From assembly GCA_963845205.1 (NCBI GenBank), contig CAWJRC010000002.1, positions 152,825 to 216,824 of the forward strand: a DNA stretch of 64,000 nt. The letters run 5' to 3'. Shown one piece after another: positions 18,014-27,174 of the stretch. The notes below the pieces were generated by a model. That model ran no database searches, was not told where the DNA came from, and saw only the letters and a list, made by a program, of their open reading frames with translations. The position numbers and the translations under genes are program-made. Every line of letters begins with the position of its first letter. Position 1 is the stretch's first letter. This DNA is from an uncultured archaeon (GTDB lineage Archaea > Nanobdellota > Nanobdellia > Pacearchaeales > GW2011-AR1).

Positions 18014-18736
18014 ATGAAGATAATAATAAAAATTGGAACAGCAGCAATCTTTGATTCCGAGAAAAAAAAGATTAAAGAATATATTCTAGAAAATCTTGCA
18101 AAAGATATCTCTAAATTTTCAAAAGAAGGAAATGAAATAATACTTGTTACATCGGGGGCAGTAGGTTATGGTAAACAGATAATTTCAGGAAACGGCGAAG
18201 TTGGATTAAAGCAAGCACAGGCAGCGGTGGGGCAAATTAAACTCATGGAGAAATATTCTTTAATTTTTTCAAAATACAATTTGTATGTTGCACAATTTCT
18301 GTTAAATTCAAAGGACTTGCACGAAAAGAACAGGATAGAAAATTTAAAAGAGACTTATAGAAACCTAAAAGGAAAAGCTATTCCAATTGTAAATGAAAAT
18401 GATGTAACTTCAATAGAAGAATTAAAAGTGGGGGATAATGACACTCTTGCTGCGAAACTGTTATTGAATATGAATTTTGATGTTTTGATTATACTTACTG
18501 AAATTGGAGCATTAATAAAAGATAATCATGCCTTAAGAAAATCAAATTTGTTTCGTGTTGAAGATTATGACAAGATGAATATTCCTTCAAAGGGATTTGG
18601 GGGATTAAAATCAAAACTTGATTCTGCAAAGATAATTGTTCATCATAAAAAAAGATGCATGATTGCAAAAGCGGGAGATTCTATAATAGATATTCTTAAT
18701 GGAAAAGCTATTGCTACTGAATTGTATATAAATTAA
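18014..18736 (+). CDS. proB: Glutamate 5-kinase-like amino-acid kinase (no PUA domain)
   Basis: KIGTAAI, LVTSGAVGYG, AAVGQ, PIVNENDV..ELKVGDNDTLAA and GGLKSKL track ProB motifs in order. Confidence 0.65.
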   Translation: MKIIIKIGTAAIFDSEKKKIKEYILENLAKDISKFSKEGNEIILVTSGAVGYGKQIISGNGEVGLKQAQAAVGQIKLMEKYSLIFSKYNLYVAQFLLNSKDLHEKNRIENLKETYRNLKGKAIPIVNENDVTSIEELKVGDNDTLAAKLLLNMNFDVLIILTEIGALIKDNHALRKSNLFRVEDYDKMNIPSKGFGGLKSKLDSAKIIVHHKKRCMIAKAGDSIIDILNGKAIATELYIN

Positions 18737-18774
18737 TTTAAATAGAAATTCTATTAAAATCCGTCAAAGGAATT

Positions 18775-19722
18775 ATGGGATTAGAAAAAACAATCATTGA
18801 TTCTAATAAGGGGATTGGACTTGTGCTTTCTGGAGGAGGAGCAAGAGGATCTTATCAAGCAGGGGCAATAAAAGCATTATCCGAGTCAGGTTTGAAATTC
18901 AATCTAATTGCAGGAACTTCTGTAGGTGCTTTAAATGGTGCTTTTGTTGCAACAGAAAAGATAACCCGGATGATTAATATTTGGGAAAATATAAGTCCCT
19001 CCCAAGTTTTTGGTTTTGATATAAGAACTTTGGGTAATGGTTCTCTCTTGAGTAATAAACCCTTAGAAAAATTAATTAGGAAAGAAATAGATGAAAAATC
19101 TATTCAAAGGATTATTGATTCTTCAATCAAATTAATGATTATATCCTCTAATCTAAAAACTCAACAGGCAATGATTTATCAGAATTTTAGAAATTATGGA
19201 GAAATTATTGATGCTGTCTTAGCTTCTTCTGCAGTCCCTATCGCCTTTCCTTTTCTAAATATTTGCGAAAATGAGGGAACAATGCAATTAATTGATGGAG
19301 GAATTATAGATAACTTCCCTCTTATAAAAGCGATTGAAACGGGTTTATGTAAAAGATTTTTTACTATCTCCCTTTATACTCCTGAATCTAAAAGACCGGA
19401 AGATGGTGAAAAATATAATCATAATTTAATGGGGATTGGAATGAGAACATTAGATACTCTTTACACCAGTTCTTATGTGAGAGAAATAAAAGAAGTAAAA
19501 GAAAAAATAGAATTAGCCAATAGTTTGAAATATAGTATTGGGGGGACTAGAAAATTATATGACCGATATCTTAAAGTTTATGAGGGGGTACAATTTATCG
19601 AAATTAACCCCCAAGATGAACTGCCTTCTGAATTAGAATTTTATTCAAGAAAAACACAAAAGGCTTTAGAAAGAGGTTATGAAGATGCTAAAAAAAAATT
19701 AGAAAATGTTGAGTTAATATAG
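18775..19722 (+). CDS. Patatin-like phospholipase
   Basis: GLVLSGGGARGSYQAG oxyanion motif, GTSVGA nucleophile elbow, DGG catalytic Asp motif. Confidence 0.85.
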   Translation: MGLEKTIIDSNKGIGLVLSGGGARGSYQAGAIKALSESGLKFNLIAGTSVGALNGAFVATEKITRMINIWENISPSQVFGFDIRTLGNGSLLSNKPLEKLIRKEIDEKSIQRIIDSSIKLMIISSNLKTQQAMIYQNFRNYGEIIDAVLASSAVPIAFPFLNICENEGTMQLIDGGIIDNFPLIKAIETGLCKRFFTISLYTPESKRPEDGEKYNHNLMGIGMRTLDTLYTSSYVREIKEVKEKIELANSLKYSIGGTRKLYDRYLKVYEGVQFIEINPQDELPSELEFYSRKTQKALERGYEDAKKKLENVELI

Positions 19723-19767
19723 TCTATTCTTCAAAACATTTATTAAATATATATCATTTTTTCTGTG

Positions 19768-21213
19768 ATGGCTGAGAAATCACAAGAAGGAATAACTGCA
19801 AAGAAAGAAGAAAATTTTTCCGAATGGTATCAACAATTAATTCTTAAAGCAAATTTAGCAGATTATACCTCTGTTTCGGGATGTATTGTTTTTAGACCTG
19901 AATCTTATCAAATTTGGGAAAAAATAGTTGCCGAATGCAATAAAGAGTTTAAAAAAGTAGGAATAAAAAATTGTTACTTCCCCTTATTAATCCCTGAAAA
20001 GGCTTTTGAGAAAGAAAAAGAACATGTTGAGGGTTTTGTTCCTGAAGTCGCATGGGTTACACAAGCAGGAAACACAAAACTTAATGAAAAACTTGCAATC
20101 CGGCCGACTAGCGAAGCAATAATGTACGAATCATATTCAAAATGGATAAGAAGTTGGAGAGATTTACCTTTAAGGTATAACCAATGGAATAATGTAGTAA
20201 GATGGGAGTTCAATAATCCCGTTCCATTTTTTAGAACAAGGGAGTTTTTGTGGAATGAGGGACACAGCGTTTTTGCTACAGAAAAAGAAGCTCTTGGAGA
20301 AGGAAAGCAAATAAGAGAAATTTATGAAAAAGTTGTTGAGCAATTTATGGCACTTCCGGGAATTTATGGGAGAAAAACAGAAAAAGAAAAATTTGCTGGT
20401 GCGATCTTCTCTGAAAAGATACATTATATAATTCCAAATGGAAGGGTTATAGAGGGTCCATGTTTTCATCATGACGGACAGAATTTTGCAAAATCTTATA
20501 ACATAAAATTTTTAGATAAAAAAGGAAAAGAAGAATACGCTTGGCAGAATACATTTGCTATTTCAACAAGGATGCTTGGAACAATGTTCGCAGTTCATAG
20601 CGATGATAAAGGGCTTGTTATTCCTCCTCGCCTCGCAGAGAATAAGGTAGTCATTATTCCGATCTTATTTGATAAAACAAAAGCAAAGGTTCTGAAAGCA
20701 GCAGAAAAGATAAAAAAAGATTTGGAAGAATTTTATCCAATTTTAGATAGCAGCGAAGATTCAACTCCCGGAAGAAAATTTAGTGAATGGGAATTAAAAG
20801 GAATTCCTTTAAGAATTGAAATTGGACCAAAAGATTTAGAAAAAGATTCTGTCACAGTTGTTAAAAGAAATGATTTAAAAAAATCAATTGTCAAAATTAG
20901 TGGATTGAAAAAAGATGTACAGAAGATTCTTGAACAAATTCAAAACGAATTATATAAAAATTCTGAAAAAATTTTGAATTCCAGTATAGAAAAGACGGAA
21001 AATAAAAAAGAACTTATTGAATTGATAAAAGAAAAAAGGGTTGCGATTGTTCCTATGTGTTCATCAGAAAAATGTGAAGATATTTTAAAAGAAGAAACTG
21101 GTGGGGCAAAGACTCTTTTTATCGATCCAAAGAATACTTCCGTAAATGGTAAGAAATGTATAATCTGCGGGAAAAAAGCAGATTACTGGGTTTATGTCGG
21201 AAAGACATATTAA
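19768..21213 (+). CDS. proS: Prolyl-tRNA synthetase (archaeal/eukaryotic type)
   Basis: FSEWYQQLILKANLADY.. N-terminus, class II core, C-terminal Cys-containing domain ending in Y. ATG 19768 lies 29-30 nt from tttattaaa; the track start is GTG 19765. Confidence 0.93.
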   Translation: MAEKSQEGITAKKEENFSEWYQQLILKANLADYTSVSGCIVFRPESYQIWEKIVAECNKEFKKVGIKNCYFPLLIPEKAFEKEKEHVEGFVPEVAWVTQAGNTKLNEKLAIRPTSEAIMYESYSKWIRSWRDLPLRYNQWNNVVRWEFNNPVPFFRTREFLWNEGHSVFATEKEALGEGKQIREIYEKVVEQFMALPGIYGRKTEKEKFAGAIFSEKIHYIIPNGRVIEGPCFHHDGQNFAKSYNIKFLDKKGKEEYAWQNTFAISTRMLGTMFAVHSDDKGLVIPPRLAENKVVIIPILFDKTKAKVLKAAEKIKKDLEEFYPILDSSEDSTPGRKFSEWELKGIPLRIEIGPKDLEKDSVTVVKRNDLKKSIVKISGLKKDVQKILEQIQNELYKNSEKILNSSIEKTENKKELIELIKEKRVAIVPMCSSEKCEDILKEETGGAKTLFIDPKNTSVNGKKCIICGKKADYWVYVGKTY

Positions 21214-21420
21214 AATTTGGCATACTGACTAGTATAAATTTTTTATCATTTTATTACTAGTCAATTCTATTCAATTCATCCTCAAGCCGCAATGTAATCT
21301 CCAATAGCTGGCTTAGTTCTTTTTCTACAATTTCTTTTTCCATCTTTTCTTTTCTTTTTTTCATTTCTTTGTAAACCTCAATCTCAGAAACCCTTCTTGT
21401 CCCAAATATTAACAATAAAA

Positions 21421-21466
21421 CTCAAACCAATTCAGGACCAAAGAAAAATCACTGAATTAATTTGAG
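21421..21466 (-). terminator. 15-bp hairpin plus U-tract (minus-strand terminator or ncRNA 3' end)
   Basis: ctcaaaccaattcag / ctgaattaatttgag. On the minus-strand RNA both mismatch positions become G-U pairs and the stem is followed by uuuuauuguu. On the plus strand they are C-A mismatches. Confidence 0.35.
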
Positions 21467-21587
21467 GGGAATTTAATTGAAGTGTGGACTAGTGCATAGG
21501 TACAAAAATTCCATAAGCTAAAACTAAATCCTCTCTTCATAAAATAAATAGTAAAAGGGGATTTTTATATTTTTCGTAAGAAAGGTT

Positions 21588-22628
21588 CTAAATCTCTTTT
21601 TTGATATTTTCTCTGAATTTTTCTAAATCTTCAACTCTCATCTGACCTCCAACAGCAAATTCATGCCCGCCTGCTGTTGCCCCCTCAAGCCCCTTTACTG
21701 CTTCAAGGATAATATCCCTTACATTTTTCCCTCTAGCAGAAATATTTGCCTTTATTCCCATAATATAAGCTACAACGATTATTTTCTCGGGATATAGGTA
21801 AGTTAATTCATTAGCTAAATCCGCACTTATGCTGGTGTCTCCGGCATATTGAAAAAATAAAAGTTTATCTTCGGTTGCAATCGACTTCGCTTTTTCTATT
21901 AACTTTTCATATTTCCTATAAATCAATTTGAATCTTTGATGCATGTCTTTATTTTTGTTCGTTTCTTCAAGAACTTCATAAGGACTCTTTACTGAAGTCA
22001 AAAATTTTATCATTTTCACTACATTACTTGTTGTGTCTTTGATTGCAAAATAAAACATTCTTGCAACAGTGCCTATCTGCGATTTGTAAAAAACATCAAA
22101 AGCATCTTTTGTTTTAATTGATAAATCGGGGTAATTTTTAATGAAATCTTTGTAAAATTCAGGAATAAACCTGTCTGATACACACCCAACAATAGCAAGC
22201 CACATGTCTTCTTTTTTCCCTGTAATTTTATAACATAAATAGGTTACTGGCTCATTTTTTTTCTTTGTCTTTGTTAAGGCAGAATTATAATAATGAACAA
22301 ATTTTGGAACAATTGTCTGGTCTGTCTTATGGTGATCAATCCATACAACAGGAATGTTAAATTTTTTCACTTCATCGAAAAATTCTTCTGAAACAACTGG
22401 TTTATCTAGAACAAAAATATAATCCGAATTAAGTTCGTTTACTTTACGAAAATATTCAGCATTCATACCTGGATAAGATTTTATTGCGACTCCTTTACCT
22501 CTTCCTAAATATCTTCGTAAAAGCAAAAATGAGCACAGACCATCGGGATCGTTGTCAAAAAAGAATATGGGGTTTTGTGCTTTTTCAAGATGCTCGCGAA
22601 TTTCGGTGACTTGTTTTTTTGTTAACAT
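21588..22628 (-). CDS. DHH/DHHA1-family phosphoesterase (RecJ/NrnA-like)
   Basis: DNDPDG, WIDHHK and GGHEFAVGG motifs in DHH-family order. Confidence 0.8.
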   Translation of the reverse strand: MLTKKQVTEIREHLEKAQNPIFFFDNDPDGLCSFLLLRRYLGRGKGVAIKSYPGMNAEYFRKVNELNSDYIFVLDKPVVSEEFFDEVKKFNIPVVWIDHHKTDQTIVPKFVHYYNSALTKTKKKNEPVTYLCYKITGKKEDMWLAIVGCVSDRFIPEFYKDFIKNYPDLSIKTKDAFDVFYKSQIGTVARMFYFAIKDTTSNVVKMIKFLTSVKSPYEVLEETNKNKDMHQRFKLIYRKYEKLIEKAKSIATEDKLLFFQYAGDTSISADLANELTYLYPEKIIVVAYIMGIKANISARGKNVRDIILEAVKGLEGATAGGHEFAVGGQMRVEDLEKFRENIKKEI

Positions 22629-22652
22629 GAAAATAATAATTTAATAAGATAT

Positions 22653-23651
22653 TTAATGTTTCTCTTTTGCGAAAGTTTCTGCTACCAACAATGGAAATAA
22701 AATTGTTGCATCTCCAAAAATCTTTTCTGAAACTCCGTCAATTCTTATTTTACCCCAAGAAACAGCTTCATCAGGTGAAGCTCCTGCGTCACTTCCATCA
22801 AATTCCTGAGCATTATTGATATAAACTGCATAATCTGCACCATCCCTGTAAAGGTGAGCATTTAGAATGCTATGTTTTATAATTCCGCTTCCTAAAATTA
22901 TAACTCCCGATTTTTCTAACCCAATAGTTGAATCATTAAGATTCTTTGTATCTTCTGCAATATCAATTGAAAAATTTTCATTCCCTTTCTGATATTTAAA
23001 GAAATAAATCATATCCCCCAAACTTCCATCTGTTATAGATGGACAAAAAACAGAAATTTTATTTTTCCACGCCCAATAATAAATGCTGCTCTTGTTGTTT
23101 ATTTTTTCTCCAAGTTTCCAAATTAATTGTGAAGGCAAAATAGGTTTACCTGTTTTTTTCTGTTCTTCATAAAGCTCTTTCAAAACAGGCATCACAAATT
23201 CTTCAAATTTCAAATATCTTGAATTTGGGACAAAAATGTTTCCTATCCGATTTATTGCCTTTTTCCTTAATTCCTTTCCTGAAGCCTTGAAATCTCCAAT
23301 AAGAAAGTCTCCAAGGCATTTTATTATGTCTTCTTCAATTCCCCCTCCAGAAGTTACAATACAGTCAATTTTCTTATTCTCAGCTAAATATCTGAAGACT
23401 TCCCTCAATCCAGAGCTTACCATATTAGAAGTATATCCAAGAAAAATTTTTGCCTTCTTGTCAATCATCATTTGAATAATCTCCTTTGCATGATAAAAAT
23501 TTGAAGCTTGATACCCTGTTGTCTTAAAACTTTCTATAATTTCAGAAAAGTCAACTCCTTTGTCAAAATCATATCCTTTCACAGACTTTCCTTCCGGTTC
23601 AGAGCCTTCTCTAAAAATGTTTTCTTTTGCTGTTTTTTCTTTGTTTAACAT
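22653..23651 (-). CDS. dys: Deoxyhypusine synthase
   Basis: GYTSNMVSSGLREVFRYL..IDCIVTSGGGIEEDIIKC and WGKI motifs. AAGGAG SD upstream. Confidence 0.92.
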   Translation of the reverse strand: MLNKEKTAKENIFREGSEPEGKSVKGYDFDKGVDFSEIIESFKTTGYQASNFYHAKEIIQMMIDKKAKIFLGYTSNMVSSGLREVFRYLAENKKIDCIVTSGGGIEEDIIKCLGDFLIGDFKASGKELRKKAINRIGNIFVPNSRYLKFEEFVMPVLKELYEEQKKTGKPILPSQLIWKLGEKINNKSSIYYWAWKNKISVFCPSITDGSLGDMIYFFKYQKGNENFSIDIAEDTKNLNDSTIGLEKSGVIILGSGIIKHSILNAHLYRDGADYAVYINNAQEFDGSDAGASPDEAVSWGKIRIDGVSEKIFGDATILFPLLVAETFAKEKH

Positions 23652-23754
23652 GGTAATATCTCCTTAATTTTATTTAAAAAAGTATGTATTCCCTTCTTCA
23701 AAAAATACATTGTACAATAAAAATCTTTTTAAATCGAAATTATATAGAAATTTA

Positions 23755-23940
23755 ATGAATAAATGGATTGAAATCTTATTGGGATTAATTTTCCTTAATG
23801 TTGCAATAGCAACCTGGGCTTTGAATATCTGGAGCTTTGGAGATGCTGCTTTGAGTTTCTTCAAAGGCGGATTAGTCTGGTTTGTAATCTTAATAGGAAT
23901 TATTTTTATAATGCTCGGAATCAGCGATTTAAAGGATTAA
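23755..23940 (+). CDS. Small two-TM membrane protein
   Basis: MNKWIEILLGLIFLNVAIATWAL... ATG 23755 is 29 nt from tttttaaa. The antisense ORF 23670..23864 was rejected. Confidence 0.4.
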   Translation: MNKWIEILLGLIFLNVAIATWALNIWSFGDAALSFFKGGLVWFVILIGIIFIMLGISDLKD

Positions 23941-24558
23941 TTATTTAATTAATATTATAAGGCTGCCTTCTATAATCCCTGCAATAATTAGTAATGGAAT
24001 CACTACTAACAGAAAAACCCTTAATGAATCTATAAGATTTTTTTCTACATATCTTATTTTATCTTTCTGAAACCCAAACATGCCTAATTTTAATCCAAGC
24101 CCAAGGGAAATAAAAACTGCAGGAAGCTCAAAAATTCCATGGGGAAAAAGTTTCCATAATGTAATAATCCCTCCATTGTTAACGCTAAGCAGAGAAACAA
24201 AGCCTAGAATATACCCGTTTGCTATCGTAACTACAAGAGGGAAAATCCCAGCTATAATACCAAATATTATCGCAAAAAAGGTGTTTTTAATATTATTTGA
24301 GATAATAAATGCAATTAGCTGTGTCATGGATAACCCTGCTGTTTCATTTACAATCTCTTTTAAGAAACTAATTATTTCATCGTAAAAAAATTTTGGTATG
24401 GGGATGAAAAAACCCACCAGTACGAAAAAGAAAAAAATTCCAATTACAACATAAATAAAATTTTTAGATTCTTTTATATATTCCCAACTTTTCTTGTACT
24501 CTTTAGCGAGGCTGAATCTTTTTTTGGGAGAGACCTTTTTCCCTCTTTTTTTTGCCAT
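23941..24558 (-). CDS. SpoIIM-like (DUF95) membrane protein
   Basis: LFPHGIFELPAVFISLGLGLKLG motif and a multi-TM layout. Confidence 0.65.
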   Translation of the reverse strand: MAKKRGKKVSPKKRFSLAKEYKKSWEYIKESKNFIYVVIGIFFFFVLVGFFIPIPKFFYDEIISFLKEIVNETAGLSMTQLIAFIISNNIKNTFFAIIFGIIAGIFPLVVTIANGYILGFVSLLSVNNGGIITLWKLFPHGIFELPAVFISLGLGLKLGMFGFQKDKIRYVEKNLIDSLRVFLLVVIPLLIIAGIIEGSLIILIK

Positions 24559-24563
24559 AACTA

Positions 24564-25400
24564 TTAACTGAAATACCTGCTTAAATATTTTGTTTTATTC
24601 TTGTACTTTGATCTAAGGTAAAATCCATAAACGATTCCCGCAACTAATCCTCCAAGATGGTCCATATTTCCAATAGGTAGAACAATAAAAATTCCTATGA
24701 TAATAAGGGGGATTATTGCGACTATCGGCAAAATCCAAAAAGAAAGTTCAATAGGTAATGAGATTATTCTTATTCTTGGATTAAAAGAGAATATCGTAAA
24801 TATAGAAACTAAAATATAAATTTCTAATATAAAATCAATTGCTGAGATAACCGAACTTCCTGAAAATAATGTGTCTGCTACTGACTGGATTATTATTGCA
24901 ATTAATGGGCCTGCAATCAAATAAATTTTTTTCTTGGGAATTAAAACTGCCAAAAGCCCCAGCAATCCGAATATAGCTCCCGATGCACCTACTCCCATTA
25001 AAGAAGGATCCCCGAAAATTTTTGCACCTATTCCAAAACCAAAAAATCCAGATAATAAAGAGAGAAAAATTCCTGCAAAAATTCCTGATATTAAATAAAA
25101 CCAGATAAATCTTTTTTTTCCGATTATCTTCTCGACAATACTGCCTACAAAAAATAAGGAAATCATATTAAATAATAAATGAGCGAGGTTTGCATGAACA
25201 AACATACTTGTTATTAGAGTCCAGAGATTTTTACCCTGAAGAATTAATGAAGGAGTTAAAGCAATATAATTGTCTAGATTTGGATAATATAGGCTAACAA
25301 TTGAGGTAATAAAAAAGATTAAGGAATTAATAATAATCAACCATACGGTTATGCTAAAATTGAATTTTTTTCTTTTTTGCAGGCTATAAACTTCGGTCAT
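24564..25400 (-). CDS. Rhomboid-family intramembrane serine protease
   Basis: HANLAHLLFNM, GASGAIFGLLG (catalytic Ser) and a downstream His in a TM segment. Confidence 0.85.
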   Translation of the reverse strand: MTEVYSLQKRKKFNFSITVWLIIINSLIFFITSIVSLYYPNLDNYIALTPSLILQGKNLWTLITSMFVHANLAHLLFNMISLFFVGSIVEKIIGKKRFIWFYLISGIFAGIFLSLLSGFFGFGIGAKIFGDPSLMGVGASGAIFGLLGLLAVLIPKKKIYLIAGPLIAIIIQSVADTLFSGSSVISAIDFILEIYILVSIFTIFSFNPRIRIISLPIELSFWILPIVAIIPLIIIGIFIVLPIGNMDHLGGLVAGIVYGFYLRSKYKNKTKYLSRYFS

Positions 25401-25442
25401 TTTCTTTTTTGTACTAGAAAGTTTTTATATTAATCGCTATCC

Positions 25443-26135
25443 TTATTTTTTCTTTTTCTTCTTAGCTATTTTTTTGACTACAATCTTTTTTTGAATTTTT
25501 TTCTTGGTGGTTTCTTTTTTGGGAACAGTTTTTTTCTTAGCTTGTTTTTTTGTTTTAATTTTTTCTTTTTCTTCTTTTTTCATTTGCCTAACCCTATTCT
25601 TTTCATTTTTTTCTTTTTCTATTTTTATTTCTTCGTCTATTCCTTCAAGTTCCTTTCTGAGCCGGTCAAGATTTTTATTGTACTCTTTTATAACTGCAGT
25701 GTTATCTTTCCTTGTCATAATCTGTCCGCATTCATTGCAAGTAAAATTATGTATCAAAGCATTCTCTTCCGTAAATTCAATATTGCACATTTCACAGGTG
25801 TAAAATTCTTTTGTCTCCCTGCTTTTTATCTGATGGCGAATTTGTTCCATTTTATTCACTGTTTCATTTCTCAAAAATTCCAAACATTTCAAAATTTCAA
25901 TTTTCCAAAAATAAGTATACCATCCTTTTTTCTTGTCTTTCTTCCTTATCGAAGATACAAGCCCATAATCAGAAATTTTATACAAAATATTTCTCGTTTG
26001 GTTGATTGTAAGATCTAATTTTTTTGCGATTATAAATTCATTAATATATTTTTTTCCGTCGAGGAGATTTACCAAAGGTTCTGCTGGCTTTCCTGCAACA
26101 AGTACCATAATGTCTTCAAGAAGTTTTTTGAGCAT
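25443..26135 (-). CDS. tfe: Transcription factor E (TFIIE-alpha homologue) with a poly-Lys tail
   Basis: Winged helix (FIIAKKLDLTINQTRNILYKISDYGLV), a WYTYFW segment and the Zn ribbon CEMC..CNECG. Confidence 0.75.
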   Translation of the reverse strand: MLKKLLEDIMVLVAGKPAEPLVNLLDGKKYINEFIIAKKLDLTINQTRNILYKISDYGLVSSIRKKDKKKGWYTYFWKIEILKCLEFLRNETVNKMEQIRHQIKSRETKEFYTCEMCNIEFTEENALIHNFTCNECGQIMTRKDNTAVIKEYNKNLDRLRKELEGIDEEIKIEKEKNEKNRVRQMKKEEKEKIKTKKQAKKKTVPKKETTKKKIQKKIVVKKIAKKKKKK

Positions 26136-26238
26136 TAATTATCAAAAAAATAGCTAAATAAATATCTTTCGGTTTTATTCTGTAAACATTTTTAAAGTTA
26201 TATTCCATATTATATTTAGCAAAATATATATTTTTAAG

Positions 26239-26778
26239 ATGGCATTATTCAAAAAAAAAGAGAAACCAAAAATGGAGCAACCGCCAAAGTTACCCGATAT
26301 TCCCCAATTGCCAGAATTACCCGAATTTAAAATGGGGGAAGAAGGGTCCTTATCTCAACTTCCGAGTTTTCCAACTGATTCATTAGGAAATAAATTTTCA
26401 CAGAATACTATAAAAGAAGCGGTCGCTGGGAAAAAAGAGAATAAAGAGGTTGGAGCAGATGAATTTGCTGAGGAAAAAGTGCAGATGATGCAAAAACCTC
26501 TTGTAAAAGAAGAAAGAGGAAACAATCAATCATATCCAAAAGTTTCTTCTCAAAAAGAGGAAGGTCCAATTTTCATAAGGATAGACAAATTTGAAGAAGG
26601 TTCTAAAACTTTTGAAGATGTGAGAAGACAGATTACAGATATAGAAGGTATGTTTGAAGATATAAAAGGTGTTCGTGAAAAAGAAGGGAAAGAACTTGAG
26701 TCGTGGGAAGAAGAAATAAAACAAATAAAAGAAAAAATTGAAAGCATAGACAACAACATTTTTTCTAAACTAGAATAA
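26239..26778 (+). CDS. Hypothetical protein: Pro-rich N-terminus, coiled-coil C-terminus
   Basis: PPKLPDIPQLPELPEF, then a charged helical region. No family recognised. Confidence 0.45.
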   Translation: MALFKKKEKPKMEQPPKLPDIPQLPELPEFKMGEEGSLSQLPSFPTDSLGNKFSQNTIKEAVAGKKENKEVGADEFAEEKVQMMQKPLVKEERGNNQSYPKVSSQKEEGPIFIRIDKFEEGSKTFEDVRRQITDIEGMFEDIKGVREKEGKELESWEEEIKQIKEKIESIDNNIFSKLE

Positions 26779-26780
26779 AA

Positions 26781-27134
26781 ATGGAAGAAGAAAATCCTGT
26801 TTATTTCAGATTGGAGTACGATGAATCAGTTGATGCAAAAAAAGATCTTTTATCTTCTGAGGTTTCTTTGCTTAATATTATAAAAATAACAAGGAGATAT
26901 AACTTATTGAGAGCCGATGAAATGAACTTAAAATCTCAGATATATAAAGCAGTGAGAGATTTGGAACTTGCCATTAAAAAAACAAGAAGTTCTTTTCCCT
27001 TTCTAAAAATTCCAGAAACTGCCAAAAGAGAAGAAGTTGTAAAGAAAAAAGAAGTTGTAGTAACAAAGGAGCATTACGATGCTGATTTAGAGGCTCAGTT
27101 AAGAGATATTCAGGCAAGGTTAAGAGCAATATAA
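26781..27134 (+). CDS. Hypothetical helical protein, coupled to the upstream gene
   Basis: Starts 2 nt after the upstream stop. No motif recognised. Confidence 0.45.
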   Translation: MEEENPVYFRLEYDESVDAKKDLLSSEVSLLNIIKITRRYNLLRADEMNLKSQIYKAVRDLELAIKKTRSSFPFLKIPETAKREEVVKKKEVVVTKEHYDADLEAQLRDIQARLRAI

Positions 27135-27174
27135 TCAACAAATAATTTTTAAAATCTCTATTCTTAATAATTAT

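Noticed and set aside
21227-21262. 8-bp inverted repeat gactagta ... tactagtc just after proS, considered as possible terminal repeats of a mobile element.
   Set aside because: There is only one copy pair, with a 20-nt A/T loop, no associated transposase and no target duplication. It is more likely a simple proS 3' hairpin.
25443-25570. Highly repetitive A/T tract (aaaaag/aaagaa units) that looks like a tandem repeat or degenerate array.
   Set aside because: It is the in-frame poly-Lys tail of TFE. Similar Lys-rich tails end several other proteins here (942..1223, 1589..2107, 10377..10958). This is best explained by AT-biased codon drift, not by a repeat element or CRISPR. No spacer/repeat periodicity is present.
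25491-26018. Long plus-strand ORFs (175, 99 and 64 aa) antisense to tfe. Similar antisense ORFs lie opposite mcm (40219..40950), gatA/gatC (7850..8618), gatE (11340..11888), valS (53605..54193), the GT2 (57129..57608) and others.
   Set aside because: They translate to low-complexity Phe/Ser/Leu/Ile-rich strings. They lie opposite genes with strong conserved motifs. They are the expected shadow ORFs of AT-rich, Lys/Glu-rich coding sequence.
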